This document shows, piece by piece, positions 22,796 to 32,759 of a stretch of DNA of 64,000 nt. The DNA is from Carpediemonas membranifera BICM (Eukaryota; Protista; Fornicata), in assembly GCA_019828565.1 (NCBI GenBank), contig JAHDYR010000036.1, positions 77,820-141,819 of the forward strand, read 5' to 3'. Under the pieces are notes generated by a model that was not told the origin of the DNA, searched no databases, and saw only the letters and a program-made list of their open reading frames with translations. The position numbers were made by a program, and so were the translations under genes. Numbering within the stretch: position 1 is the stretch's first letter; every line of letters starts with the position of its first letter.

Positions 22796-25700
22796 CTACA
22801 GCTTGCTGGTGAAGTCATAAGTGTTGTCCAGCAGGAACCTGGCGATGACCTGATTCCTTCGAGCGTACTCCTCGGGGATCTGGTACAATAATGACCGTAA
22901 ACTGCGCTCCTCCCTTACCAACCTGAGGAAGATGGACCGGTTGAGCCGACGAACGAGGGAGGCGGCGTTCAGAACAAGACCGGCTGAAATGACTAGAAGG
23001 GCAACGCGAAGGACTATGATTCGGATCCGGAGGGCATAGTAGACGTCCGCAGCCTTCTTTCCGATGACGTCGTCAAACGCAAGGTCAATATCCTTGAGTA
23101 ATTCGAGACCAGAATTGCCGGTCCCGTTAAGAACTCCGCATTGGCTTGATAGATCAGGGTCGAGAAGGCCGAAAGCCGTCTTGAGTCGAGCTGCGTCTTG
23201 CAGCATGACAGCGGTGTTCGATGGGCGACCAAGCAGCGTTCTTGAGAGATACTGCAGGAAATAGTACATTCGAGGGCTATCACATTCTAAGATTGGAATT
23301 GATCGCATCATTCGGTGAGACATCCTGTGCATCGACTGGGGCGCGGCAGCGCTAGTGGGGTAATGAATCGTATCATATGCAGAGGCCACAGCGTATCTGT
23401 GATCTTGTAAGATTTGGACCGTCTGTGTCATCTTTTGGAATGCATCGCGTGTTGTGATCCCGAACGATGCTATCACAAGAAGTATAACAACCCACACAAA
23501 TAGCTGCCCTCCGACGGTCAGAACAAATCTCGTGATACTGTAAGTCAGCGTTGTACGAGCAACCTTCTGTCTGATTATGCGTGCCTTTCGAACGCTTGGC
23601 GGTGTTGCGACAGAAGGGAACAGAACTGCGATGGCAAGCCACAGCGCAGGTGCCAGCAGGGCCACGGATGCCGCCAACAGCTGGTGGGATCGGGCAGAGT
23701 CGAATTGTGACTGCGCAGTGGTCTCGAGACGGTCAGTGGCGATGGTGTACGCCGACATAAAGCTGTCCCAGGCCGCGTTGTACCGAGATTGGCCCAGAGA
23801 ATCGAACAGAGTGCCCCATGCCATGGACAGCTGAGTTTCAGATGGCCGGGCGAGGTCTGAAGCAGTGTCACTGTATGCTGCAGGCCGGTCGAACGTGGTG
23901 GCGGTGTGAACATAATCGGGCTCTGCAGTGTAGTTCCATACGACACCAGCGAACACGGGCATGGCTGCAGGGTCGACCCCGTGCGAACCCATGGCCATTC
24001 GCACGGCGATGGCGATCATATCCATGAGCGCCGACCAAGCTGAGCTCGATGAGGTGATGGCGGAGGCGATATCAGTGGATCCAAAGTCGATGAGTTCCGA
24101 TTGGACCGTCGAGGGGAGGGCGGGAATTGATTCGTTGACAATCTTGCTGAAAGTCTGCTCCAGATGCTGTCCGATATCAAGATCACCGGTCTGGATGAAT
24201 CTATAGATCTGATCGAATATCTTGTAGCCATCTAGCATCACCATGGTCTTGAACTGCATCAGACCAACTCTAGCGTCAACAAGGGCCGGGAGCGTGTCGC
24301 TCGTTCCGTCCATGAGGGTTATCGTGAGCGCTATTGTCAGTACGGCCGCTGTCACAATAAACAGGATGGTGACAGATACATAGCGGGCAAGGAGGGCGCC
24401 GTTGGAACGCACAACTGGCCACACTGTGGTGACAACCGCTGCAACCTTTTGGCGGAGGTCGGTCATTGAAACATCGGCTGAGTTCGTTGCCGTCAAGGAG
24501 AGGGCGGTGCGGTATGTCGCGTCGAAGTCTGTGTTGGCGAGGTTGCTATTGTCGGTGGCGGGGGCAAGCAGCTCATCCTCGAGGAACATGGCGTCGACAG
24601 TCTGATAGTCGAACAGCTGCCTCTTCCGCCTGTGGACTCTGATGCTCAGTATCATCGAGCCCACCATCATGACATAAACTGCACTCATAGCTATGAGAAT
24701 GAAGATGAACGAGCTGACGAGGGCGTAGGAGGCGTACCTAGCCCGGCGGTCCCATTCCATCATGTCATCCCGGATCGCATCGGTGGCGTCCCGCCCTGCT
24801 TGGCGCAGGTTCGATAGAACGTCCTTCTTGGCGCTGATGTACTGGCTGCTCCCAAGCACACTTGTCGAGATCGCCCAGGCTTGGGTGTGACTGAGTGCGC
24901 TGTCCGAGGCTGTGTCGGCGTACCAACCGTCGGGTCTGTCCGCGGCGTAGAGGGCGTCCTGTTCTTCCCAGTCAGCTTCTGCGGAGTAGTTGTACTTAAA
25001 GTGCGTCTTGTCACAAACCAGTGACGCATCAATGTCACCAGTTGTGGTCATGAGATACCACACAATATTCTCGTATCGTATCTGTCTCTTGGCCGCAGTG
25101 AGTGCTGTCGTCATCGGATCGACCTGCCGAGCAAAGACGTGCTCGAAGGAGCTTGCCTCCAAGGTGTCTAGAGCATCAGTGTGCTCTCTACTGGCAGCGA
25201 CAGAAGGGTAATACATAAACTTCACGGTGCTCTTGGTCATGGTGTAGCAGGCGGTCACAATCTCACCCACCTCATTGTCGATGACATTGATATCGGCGAC
25301 GTGTGATGCTGCTTGGCTCCGGCTGGTTGAAATGACATCCATCGCCACAAGACCGGCGATGAAGACGGCTAGCGCTGCAACGACTGTCGACACGACGAGA
25401 ATCGTAAAGACATGAATGTGGGTATGCAGCACCCGTATCCGACGCTCGATCGATGAAATCTGAGTCTGTATATCTGCCATATCTAGCTCGCTGGAGACGG
25501 TCCGCTCTGTTGCCAGCACTGGGAAGATCGAGGAGTGTCGAGTCTCGAAGTCATCCGAGTCGCGTGATTGAGCATCAGCGAATCTGATAGCTCTTGTTCT
25601 TGTGACAGGCGTGGGAGCAGGTACGGTGACCTGGGTGGCGATGGCCATCTTCCGGGCAAGGGTGGAGGGTAAGTGGAGATACATGTTGGCGGCTTCCTGT

Positions 25701-28225
25701 CTTGAACGTCGGACTGCTTTGAACGCTGGTATAACGACGAATATCACATAAATGAAAGCAGTACAGCAGATGCCGACGACAAGCTGGACAAGGACTGATC
25801 CAACTTGAGTCCACATGTCATCGACGGCCTCATCCATCTCAGCTGCCATCAAATCCACTCGGCTAGTTACGCCGCTGTACTTGAGATTGGCGAAGATATA
25901 GAGATAATCGGCCTCAGTGGCATTACCAATAGAAATCCTTGTTGCCGCATCGATGAAGCCAGCGGCCACATCAACCATTCGGGCCGGCGTCTCCATGATG
26001 AGGCCATCGTCGGTGGTGTTGGGGACGGCCTCGACCGTCGTTGAGGAAAACACCGCCCCATACGCAGGTGACATCAGGAGCAGAGGGGATGAAGCCAGGG
26101 CCGTGAATGTGTCGACGTCGGCGCTGAACTGGGCGATGAATGAATCCAGGGACTCTCGGATGGCGGCCGTGTCTGGGAAGTCCTTGCTGAAGGCAGCATT
26201 AGAGTTATCGGCCGCCAACTGGAGCATGCGTACCATCTTGTAAACACCCGCAGCCTTGGTCACCGCAGACATCGTCACGTAGCCAAGTTGGTAGAGACGT
26301 TCTTCACGGAAACTGAGCAGAGACAATACGGCGGCCAGCACGAGGAAGGAGCTGATCATGGGAACAAACGCTGCAAGCATGACGTTCCTCGCCCTGACAA
26401 TGGCTGTCCCAGCCCCGTGATGTGTGTGGGGGGTCTTCGACAGACGGTGAATCGTCCGTGCCCATCGCTTGGATGCCTTAACCTGCTCATGATCGTGGGG
26501 GTCATTGATCGCCACACTGGTGATGGCAGTACTGCTGGCCGAGGGTGACTGGGCGGTCATAGATCTCAGCTCCCTGATGCGACCGTCGATGCTGTCCGCG
26601 ATGGCGGGCTGCATGAACACGTGTCGTATGAGTTGACTGTACAACGCTAGCAGCGTGATCTGATCGGGATTCCGTTTGAGGAGATCTGTGACCGCTGACT
26701 CGACTCTCATTGACAAAAAGGTGATCTTGTCGATAATAGATACGATATCATTGATATCGACTGACGGGCCCGCCAGTGTCAGCCAGAACAAGTGGACAAG
26801 ACGTCGTGCCGAATCTATGTCGACCGTCGCCTGCCTCTCAGTTGCCCTGATGAGCACCTCTGTGTCTGCCTCCGCCGCCTCACCGAGCACAGCGCTCAAT
26901 GTCGCTCTGATTGCCCCGAACATGATGAGTTCGGCCGGGTCTACCCGTATTACACCCCGGACAGCGAGCTCCATACTACGCTGGGCCTCGGCCAATGCAG
27001 CTGTCGAGTCTGCTGCGACTGTGGCGTGGTAGAGGATTGAGACGAGTCGACCTGTGAGATCGTTGCTGTGGATGGCAGAAGTATGACCAAGGAAGAGCGA
27101 CAGACGGTGAATGGTCTCCACTCTGGTCTCGCTAGTAGCTTTGCGGGTGAGGAATATATAATGTACTGTGCTTGAGAACAGTGCCAGTGCCGGCGTCTTG
27201 ATGCTGACGCCCATGGTTGGCTTCAAGATAGATCCCGGGGTCCGCGTAGGGGGGCTGATCCTCGCTAGGACCGGGTTCAATAGGTAGTTGTACCAGGCGA
27301 TCGCAGCGACAACAAGGGTGCCGCATACCGCCAAGGATGGGATGCTGAGCAAGAGGACGGCCGGGCTGCGGGTGAAGGTCAGGAACACAACGCCGCATGC
27401 CGCAAACCGCCATATATCCAAGGTCCATGTTATCGGGTGCATATTATGGGGCACGACTGCATGGGCAGCTGCCGACCCAAGGGCGAATGCTGCGGCTGTC
27501 AGATGGAGAGCGACGACGGTGTAAGGGGCTGATGCGTGGCGGATAGCGGCTGATATGATGGCCAACAGGGCAGGGCCGGTTATCTGCAGCACGTGCATCC
27601 TGGCCGAAGGAAATAACACGCCGAAGAAGGATCCCGGGAGCATGGGTGCGACGAAGGTTGACAGACTCACAAAGGACGCCGGGACAAGGGCGAGGACACC
27701 CGCCAGTGATGCAAGCGCGGCGATGGGGCGATTGGAATCGCTGCAATAGGATCCCGGGCACATTGAGATGCCGAAGAGCAGCTGCAACGCCGGGATCAGG
27801 AGCACGCGGGTGGAAACCTCGGTCAGGAAACAGAGCGTGTACCGTCGTAGTGACCGCATGAAGCCCATGTGGCCCAATACGAAGATCTCCAGGGGCAGGA
27901 GGACAAGGAGCGTCGTTAAACCAATCACGGAGGGCACAACGAGCAAGGCGAGGAGAATTGGGTTCGAGAAGGCGATGGAAACAAGATCAGGGCCGTAGAA
28001 CAGAGTGATTATCTGTATAGTTCTAATGGCGTACAGGAGCGTGTGGTATACATAGCGGAAACGGCCGAGGGATACTTCAAAAGAACGGTACAGCTGTACA
28101 AAGACTAGCAAGCTGTCTAATGTGCGGCTACCTGGCGAATAAGGGTATGTTAACTTGTTACGGGCAAATACCGAGGTTCCATCGGGCTTCATGGAAACTG
28201 TCGCGATCTCCGAAAATGACTGCAT
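22796..28225 (-). CDS. Large polytopic membrane protein, TmcB/TmcC (tiny macrocyst)-like
   Basis: About 1800 aa; N-terminal multi-TM block, TPR-like LLKRNPDQITLLALYSQLIRHV, repeated TM-pair modules ending in LP/IP motifs (YLHLPS, LYQIPE). Start placed at the first in-frame ATG. Confidence 0.7.
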   Translation of the reverse strand: MQSFSEIATVSMKPDGTSVFARNKLTYPYSPGSRTLDSLLVFVQLYRSFEVSLGRFRYVYHTLLYAIRTIQIITLFYGPDLVSIAFSNPILLALLVVPSVIGLTTLLVLLPLEIFVLGHMGFMRSLRRYTLCFLTEVSTRVLLIPALQLLFGISMCPGSYCSDSNRPIAALASLAGVLALVPASFVSLSTFVAPMLPGSFFGVLFPSARMHVLQITGPALLAIISAAIRHASAPYTVVALHLTAAAFALGSAAAHAVVPHNMHPITWTLDIWRFAACGVVFLTFTRSPAVLLLSIPSLAVCGTLVVAAIAWYNYLLNPVLARISPPTRTPGSILKPTMGVSIKTPALALFSSTVHYIFLTRKATSETRVETIHRLSLFLGHTSAIHSNDLTGRLVSILYHATVAADSTAALAEAQRSMELAVRGVIRVDPAELIMFGAIRATLSAVLGEAAEADTEVLIRATERQATVDIDSARRLVHLFWLTLAGPSVDINDIVSIIDKITFLSMRVESAVTDLLKRNPDQITLLALYSQLIRHVFMQPAIADSIDGRIRELRSMTAQSPSASSTAITSVAINDPHDHEQVKASKRWARTIHRLSKTPHTHHGAGTAIVRARNVMLAAFVPMISSFLVLAAVLSLLSFREERLYQLGYVTMSAVTKAAGVYKMVRMLQLAADNSNAAFSKDFPDTAAIRESLDSFIAQFSADVDTFTALASSPLLLMSPAYGAVFSSTTVEAVPNTTDDGLIMETPARMVDVAAGFIDAATRISIGNATEADYLYIFANLKYSGVTSRVDLMAAEMDEAVDDMWTQVGSVLVQLVVGICCTAFIYVIFVVIPAFKAVRRSRQEAANMYLHLPSTLARKMAIATQVTVPAPTPVTRTRAIRFADAQSRDSDDFETRHSSIFPVLATERTVSSELDMADIQTQISSIERRIRVLHTHIHVFTILVVSTVVAALAVFIAGLVAMDVISTSRSQAASHVADINVIDNEVGEIVTACYTMTKSTVKFMYYPSVAASREHTDALDTLEASSFEHVFARQVDPMTTALTAAKRQIRYENIVWYLMTTTGDIDASLVCDKTHFKYNYSAEADWEEQDALYAADRPDGWYADTASDSALSHTQAWAISTSVLGSSQYISAKKDVLSNLRQAGRDATDAIRDDMMEWDRRARYASYALVSSFIFILIAMSAVYVMMVGSMILSIRVHRRKRQLFDYQTVDAMFLEDELLAPATDNSNLANTDFDATYRTALSLTATNSADVSMTDLRQKVAAVVTTVWPVVRSNGALLARYVSVTILFIVTAAVLTIALTITLMDGTSDTLPALVDARVGLMQFKTMVMLDGYKIFDQIYRFIQTGDLDIGQHLEQTFSKIVNESIPALPSTVQSELIDFGSTDIASAITSSSSAWSALMDMIAIAVRMAMGSHGVDPAAMPVFAGVVWNYTAEPDYVHTATTFDRPAAYSDTASDLARPSETQLSMAWGTLFDSLGQSRYNAAWDSFMSAYTIATDRLETTAQSQFDSARSHQLLAASVALLAPALWLAIAVLFPSVATPPSVRKARIIRQKVARTTLTYSITRFVLTVGGQLFVWVVILLVIASFGITTRDAFQKMTQTVQILQDHRYAVASAYDTIHYPTSAAAPQSMHRMSHRMMRSIPILECDSPRMYYFLQYLSRTLLGRPSNTAVMLQDAARLKTAFGLLDPDLSSQCGVLNGTGNSGLELLKDIDLAFDDVIGKKAADVYYALRIRIIVLRVALLVISAGLVLNAASLVRRLNRSIFLRLVREERSLRSLLYQIPEEYARRNQVIARFLLDNTYDFTSKL

Positions 28226-28744
28226 CAACAGTGTCGACCTAGTTCTCCAGGCCAGCTCGCATGCTTGATTATGGTCATAGCTGGCGTGGGCTACAGCCAC
28301 GCTTCCCTCCGCCAACTCTCATTAGTGTCTTAAAATGCGGAGTGAGTAAGTGACGTCTGCAATAGACGATTGAGAGTGATTTTACTGCTTGCACTGTGCA
28401 CTCTATGATACTTCATTACCCCTTCCCGCTCTCCCTTCCTTCTTCTTGAGAGTGATATTTCGATAGTCAGTCATCATCGTCGGGGGTCATCAATCAGTGC
28501 TTCTCCAGTCCTCTCGCCAAGCAACTAGCTTCCCACCTATCTTCTACCCCATCTTACTTCCATCCGCTCTCTTCTGCTTGTCGGATTTCGGGGTCTTGAT
28601 CATGACGTCTTTGCATCATCACCATGGCCTTCCATCGCACAGCGGGCTCTTCTATGCCGCTGCCTGAAGATAAAACACTTCAGTTCTTCTAATTCTCGCC
28701 ATTATCACTGCATAGTCTCGTTCATTAAACATCTGTCGTCTTTG

Positions 28745-30271
28745 ATGTGTGTTGTTAACGTGATCGGTTCATTCACCGCAAAACGCAGAGCTTCGCATGA
28801 CCAGCATCTATACGGCGCCACGAGCACCAAGCTGTGGCTCGTCAAGGCCCTTGAAGGTTACTGCTGGCGCCTGGCGAAGGTCATCACTCGGGTCGACACT
28901 GCCCTGACTCAGCGTGATCCAGACGTGCCCCGGGACGACATCACCCGGTTGCGCACCGAACAACGTGCTGTCAAGGCGATCGTTGATGAGCACCTTGCAA
29001 AGATCTCAACTCCGGGACGAGTCGACGAGGGCGTTCTACTCACGCTGCCCTGCGTCTGGCGGATCTCCGCGGCTCTGGGAGAGCTCACGGATATGGTTGC
29101 GGCATTCAACACCGCCCATCCACCTCTTCCGGGTGACAAGCCGCTGGCTGGCCCCAAGCTTGTTCCGCTTGTCCCGATGGCTCCGGTCCGCCCCGGGTTC
29201 ATGCACGTTCCCTGTTCTCTCAACGTGCTGAACCCGGCTTGGCTTGCCCAACTTGGGGTCGACCCGGAGCATCACGCCACTGAGCGCATGACGCGAGAGC
29301 AGCTGGAGGCTCTTCCTCCGAACATCCGTCGGGTGCTGTCTGTCAAGACAGATGGGGTCGCCGTGGACCTCACGGTCCAAGTTGGTGCTCTGTCATACGT
29401 CAGCAGACGTGCCAGTGGCAACCCGACGATGAAGCGAAAGGTTCGGGAGCGTCTGGGTGTGGATGACGCGGATGCTCGCCCCGCGCCAGACCCCAATGCC
29501 CACCTCATGGGCTTCGACCCTGGTGCTCGGTCGCTGGGCGGCTACACGATCCGCCGCCCAGACGGGCAGAGTGTATCTGGCGTACTCGCTAAGTGTGGCT
29601 ACACTGCCACCCCCTCTTTCCGCGTGAATATGAGCGCAGCATCGTTCAAAACGACAAGTCTAGAGGCTCTCAAACAGTCGATTAGGTTTGTCCATGAGAA
29701 CATCGTTCAGATCATCAACGAGGGGACGAGAAAGTGTTTCCGCCGTGCGACTTTTGCCAATCACTGTCTGCGCCAGAAGCACTTCGCCCGGGCTGGACGT
29801 CAACTCCTGGATGATCTCGGCGGGCGCCCCCCGGAGCCCATTCACCTCGAAGTCGCGTATGGGGCTGCACTGTTCGGTTCCGCCGGCACTCCCTCGTGTG
29901 CTCCGTACCGCCACTTTGCTCGAGCACTTCCTGGCATAATGCTCCGGCACAACGTCGTCGTGATTGTCACGATGGTCTCCGAATTCCGCACTTCCATCGT
30001 GTGCCCATACTGCAAAGCACACTTCAGACGTGTGGTGCACACACACCGCACCATGCTCTGCCAGAATCCCGCGTGCGAGGGAGCTCCATGGCGCGTTGAA
30101 CGGCTACGTCGGCATCCCGAGCAGAGAGACATACTTCTCAATCTCTCTCACCGAGATAAGAGCGCCAGCGAGAACATCCTTTGGTGCACCTTCGATGCAA
30201 CTTCAGATCAGATAGAGCAATCTCCTTTCCACTACGACTCCCAGAGAGGTGCTCTTCCTCGCTATCATTAA
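28745..30271 (+). CDS. Fanzor1-like (eukaryotic TnpB/OMEGA) RNA-guided endonuclease, possibly N-terminally truncated
   Basis: SVKTDGV motif; RuvC-I GFDPG; VAYG; rearranged RuvC-II E in VSEFRTSIVCPYC; second Zn pair CQNPAC; RuvC-III HRDKSASENIL. Confidence 0.88.
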   Translation: MCVVNVIGSFTAKRRASHDQHLYGATSTKLWLVKALEGYCWRLAKVITRVDTALTQRDPDVPRDDITRLRTEQRAVKAIVDEHLAKISTPGRVDEGVLLTLPCVWRISAALGELTDMVAAFNTAHPPLPGDKPLAGPKLVPLVPMAPVRPGFMHVPCSLNVLNPAWLAQLGVDPEHHATERMTREQLEALPPNIRRVLSVKTDGVAVDLTVQVGALSYVSRRASGNPTMKRKVRERLGVDDADARPAPDPNAHLMGFDPGARSLGGYTIRRPDGQSVSGVLAKCGYTATPSFRVNMSAASFKTTSLEALKQSIRFVHENIVQIINEGTRKCFRRATFANHCLRQKHFARAGRQLLDDLGGRPPEPIHLEVAYGAALFGSAGTPSCAPYRHFARALPGIMLRHNVVVIVTMVSEFRTSIVCPYCKAHFRRVVHTHRTMLCQNPACEGAPWRVERLRRHPEQRDILLNLSHRDKSASENILWCTFDATSDQIEQSPFHYDSQRGALPRYH

Positions 30272-30420
30272 CTTGCTAAGTTGAGCAAACACGCGCTGCA
30301 GCGCGCGTGATATGCTGCGCACGATTGATAGAGTATGATGTACCACACTGCGATCCTGATGCTGCTTGGATCACTGTGTGTTTTGGACTCAACAATTCTA
30401 ATCCTGCGCAGCACACAGTA
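30272..30420 (+). ncRNA. Putative Fanzor omega-RNA scaffold
   Basis: Directly after the stop codon: stems 30290-96/30303-09, 30313-26/30400-13 (13 of 14 bp), 30344-48/30376-80, 30352-56/30368-72, plus a crossing pair 30280-85/30388-93. Boundaries are inferred. Confidence 0.6.
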
Positions 30421-30680
30421 AGCGCGACAGATTGTTCACCCGTTATAGCAGACATTGCCTTAGGGATGACGAGAAACTGAGGGTTGTGCAAGCAAACGTC
30501 AGACTGACGAAGCAACAGAACGGCCCTGTGCTGGCAATTCTGACCCGCGAAGGAGAGCCAAGAAGACCTCAACAGAACAATGGTAAAGCGGGGATAGCAG
30601 AGTTTATAAGCGCTAGAAAGCGGGATGATGTTGGTTATCTGTTGGTGTCTTTTGACACCGTTTTAGATTGATTGTTTGAC

Positions 30681-31058
30681 TTATTCCTCGTCAGCCGCGT
30701 TGGACTGGTACTTGGTGATGGACTTAGTACCCTCGGAGATGGCGTGGCGGGAGAGCTCGCCGGGGAGGACAAGGCGGCAGGCAGAGTGGATCTCGCGGGA
30801 GGAGAGGGTGGAGCGCTTGTTGAGGCGAGCAAGGCGGCCAGCCTCCTCGGCGATGCGCTCGAAGAGATCGACGACAAGGGAGTCCATGACGTTCATGCCC
30901 TTGGTGGAGATACCGAAGTCGGGGTGGACCTGGCGGAGAACACGGTAGATGTACGAGTGGTAGGTCTCCTTGCGAGCCTTCTTGCGGGCGGGGCCCTCGT
31001 GGGTCTTCTCGACCTTCTCGGCAGCGGGCTTAGTTTCCTTCTTTTCCTTGGGAGCCAT
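30681..31058 (-). CDS. H2B: Histone H2B
   Basis: [26 protein letters not shown]...[20 protein letters not shown]. Confidence 0.98.
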   Translation of the reverse strand: MAPKEKKETKPAAEKVEKTHEGPARKKARKETYHSYIYRVLRQVHPDFGISTKGMNVMDSLVVDLFERIAEEAGRLARLNKRSTLSSREIHSACRLVLPGELSRHAISEGTKSITKYQSNAADEE

Positions 31059-31473
31059 TTTGTTACTCTCGAATAGCGGATGCCTTTGCCTTCGGCATAA
31101 TTATTGCTTGGAGAATATTGCAAGCACTTTGCCAAATGGAGCTTAGTTTATGGCTTTAAAAATTTGAAAGGAAACGATTCAATTGTGGGGTATTGAAGAC
31201 AGAAACAAGCAAACAGGAGCAAAGAAAGCAACAAAATAACGATAAGAAGAGCATTTAGTAGTAAGAAGTTTCTTTCTGATGTTTTGCACAGATGTTACAG
31301 GCTTCAATCAACATTTCGTTCGAGGATCGAGCGCTAACGTGGCAAATGAAAGCAAGAACGCTCAATTGCGTTACATTGCATCGTTTGACAGTATGATCAT
31401 TGACCTTTACTCTCTTTCAAGGTCATTGCAATTTGCTCCACTTGGGAACCACGCGAATGTGATGACCTGAAGC

Positions 31474-31798
31474 TCACTGGTAGTACAGCTCAACATTGGT
31501 CTTGTCATGGATCTCGTCTGTGTGAACTGGTGCGATTGTACGTACAGTCCTGGAGGGTGAGGTGGTTCTGAAGAATCTCGCCAGCCTTCTGAAGACGGAT
31601 CTTCTCGGCTCTTGTGCCTGTGTAAATTGGTGATAGCTATGAAATACTAACCGATCTTAGTCGCTACAGCCTTCTTCATCACGAGAATGGTGTCCTCGTC
31701 GCTGTGTGAACGAATAGGGCGCGAAGCACATACTCTACTTGAACAAATGTCTTGTTCTGCTGCATGCGATCATCAACACGGACAGATATGCGCACCAT
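31474..31798 (-). CDS. UBL5: Ubiquitin-like protein Hub1/UBL5; complement(join(31474..31517,31546..31617,31652..31701,31734..31798))
   Basis: Removing three GT...ACACAG introns (32, 34, 28 nt) gives 76 aa MVRISVRVDDRMQQNKTFVQVDDEDTILVMKKAVATKIGTRAEKIRLQKAGEILQNHLTLQDYEIHDKTNVELYYQ, with the diagnostic DYEIHD and C-terminal LYYQ. Confidence 0.92.
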
Positions 31799-32032
31799 GC
31801 AGTCTTGTCTTGATGTACGAGGGATCTCGTCGTCTGACTGCCCACAGTCGACGGACGGCGAGGCATCGGCTACTCGCATCAAGCTCCCAAGGATGAGTTC
31901 TTGTGGTCATCTACGGTGCTACGCTATCACCGGGTGAGACTGTTGCTTGCTTGGCCGACTTCCCAGCGCGAATTGCTCTACACATGCTGATGAGAGAATA
32001 AAGTGCGACTTTCCCCAACAACCTAGCAAGAT

Positions 32033-32598
32033 TTACTCGTAGATCCACTTCTCGCAGGCATCCTCGTAGTTGATCTTGTCCTCGCCGAACCAGAGCTTGA
32101 TCTCGCGCTCAGCAGCCTCGGCGCAGTCAGAGCCGTGGACAAGGTTGCGGCCAACCTCGATGGAGAAGTCGCCACGGATGGTGCCGGGGGCGGCATCCTT
32201 GGTGGCACCCATCATGGCGCGGGAGCGGGCGATGACGCCCTTGCCCTTCCACTGCATGGCAACAACGGGGCCGCCGCAGAGGTAGTCAACAAGGCCGTTG
32301 TAGAAGCCCTTGCCCTTGTGCTCGGCGTAGTGCTCCTCAACGAGCTCGCGAGGGGGCTGGATCATCTTCATGGCGACGAGCTGGAAGCCCTTCTCCTAAG
32401 TAACGTGGTCAAACGAAGTAACAAACCTCAAAGCGCTGGATGATCTTACCAACAAGGCGGCGGTTGACACCGTCGGGCTTGACTGCGATGAAAGTGGTCT
32501 GTGTGAGAGAAGCATGAAGCTGGCTCGTTCTTGCAATGACACAACGCATTCATATGTGCGCTAATCGAGCATACGGCTCGCTTGTGACAAACCTCCAT
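32033..32598 (-). CDS. NDK: Nucleoside diphosphate kinase; complement(join(32033..32395,32427..32498,32593..32598))
   Basis: Splicing two GTTTGT introns (94 and 31 nt) gives [30 protein letters not shown]...PGTIRGDF...NLVHGSD. Confidence 0.95.
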
Positions 32599-32759
32599 AA
32601 GAATTCGAGCTTTCTGTCGATAAGCTGCGGGAAGAACTTTCTTGACTCCGGATAAATGTCTCTTTTCAAGCCAGAAGCATTCCACTCGAACGTCATTCCA
32701 TCCAAACATGCATCAGCTATGGCTGTATGGTTTTATAGCAACTAAACCGCAGCTCAGGC

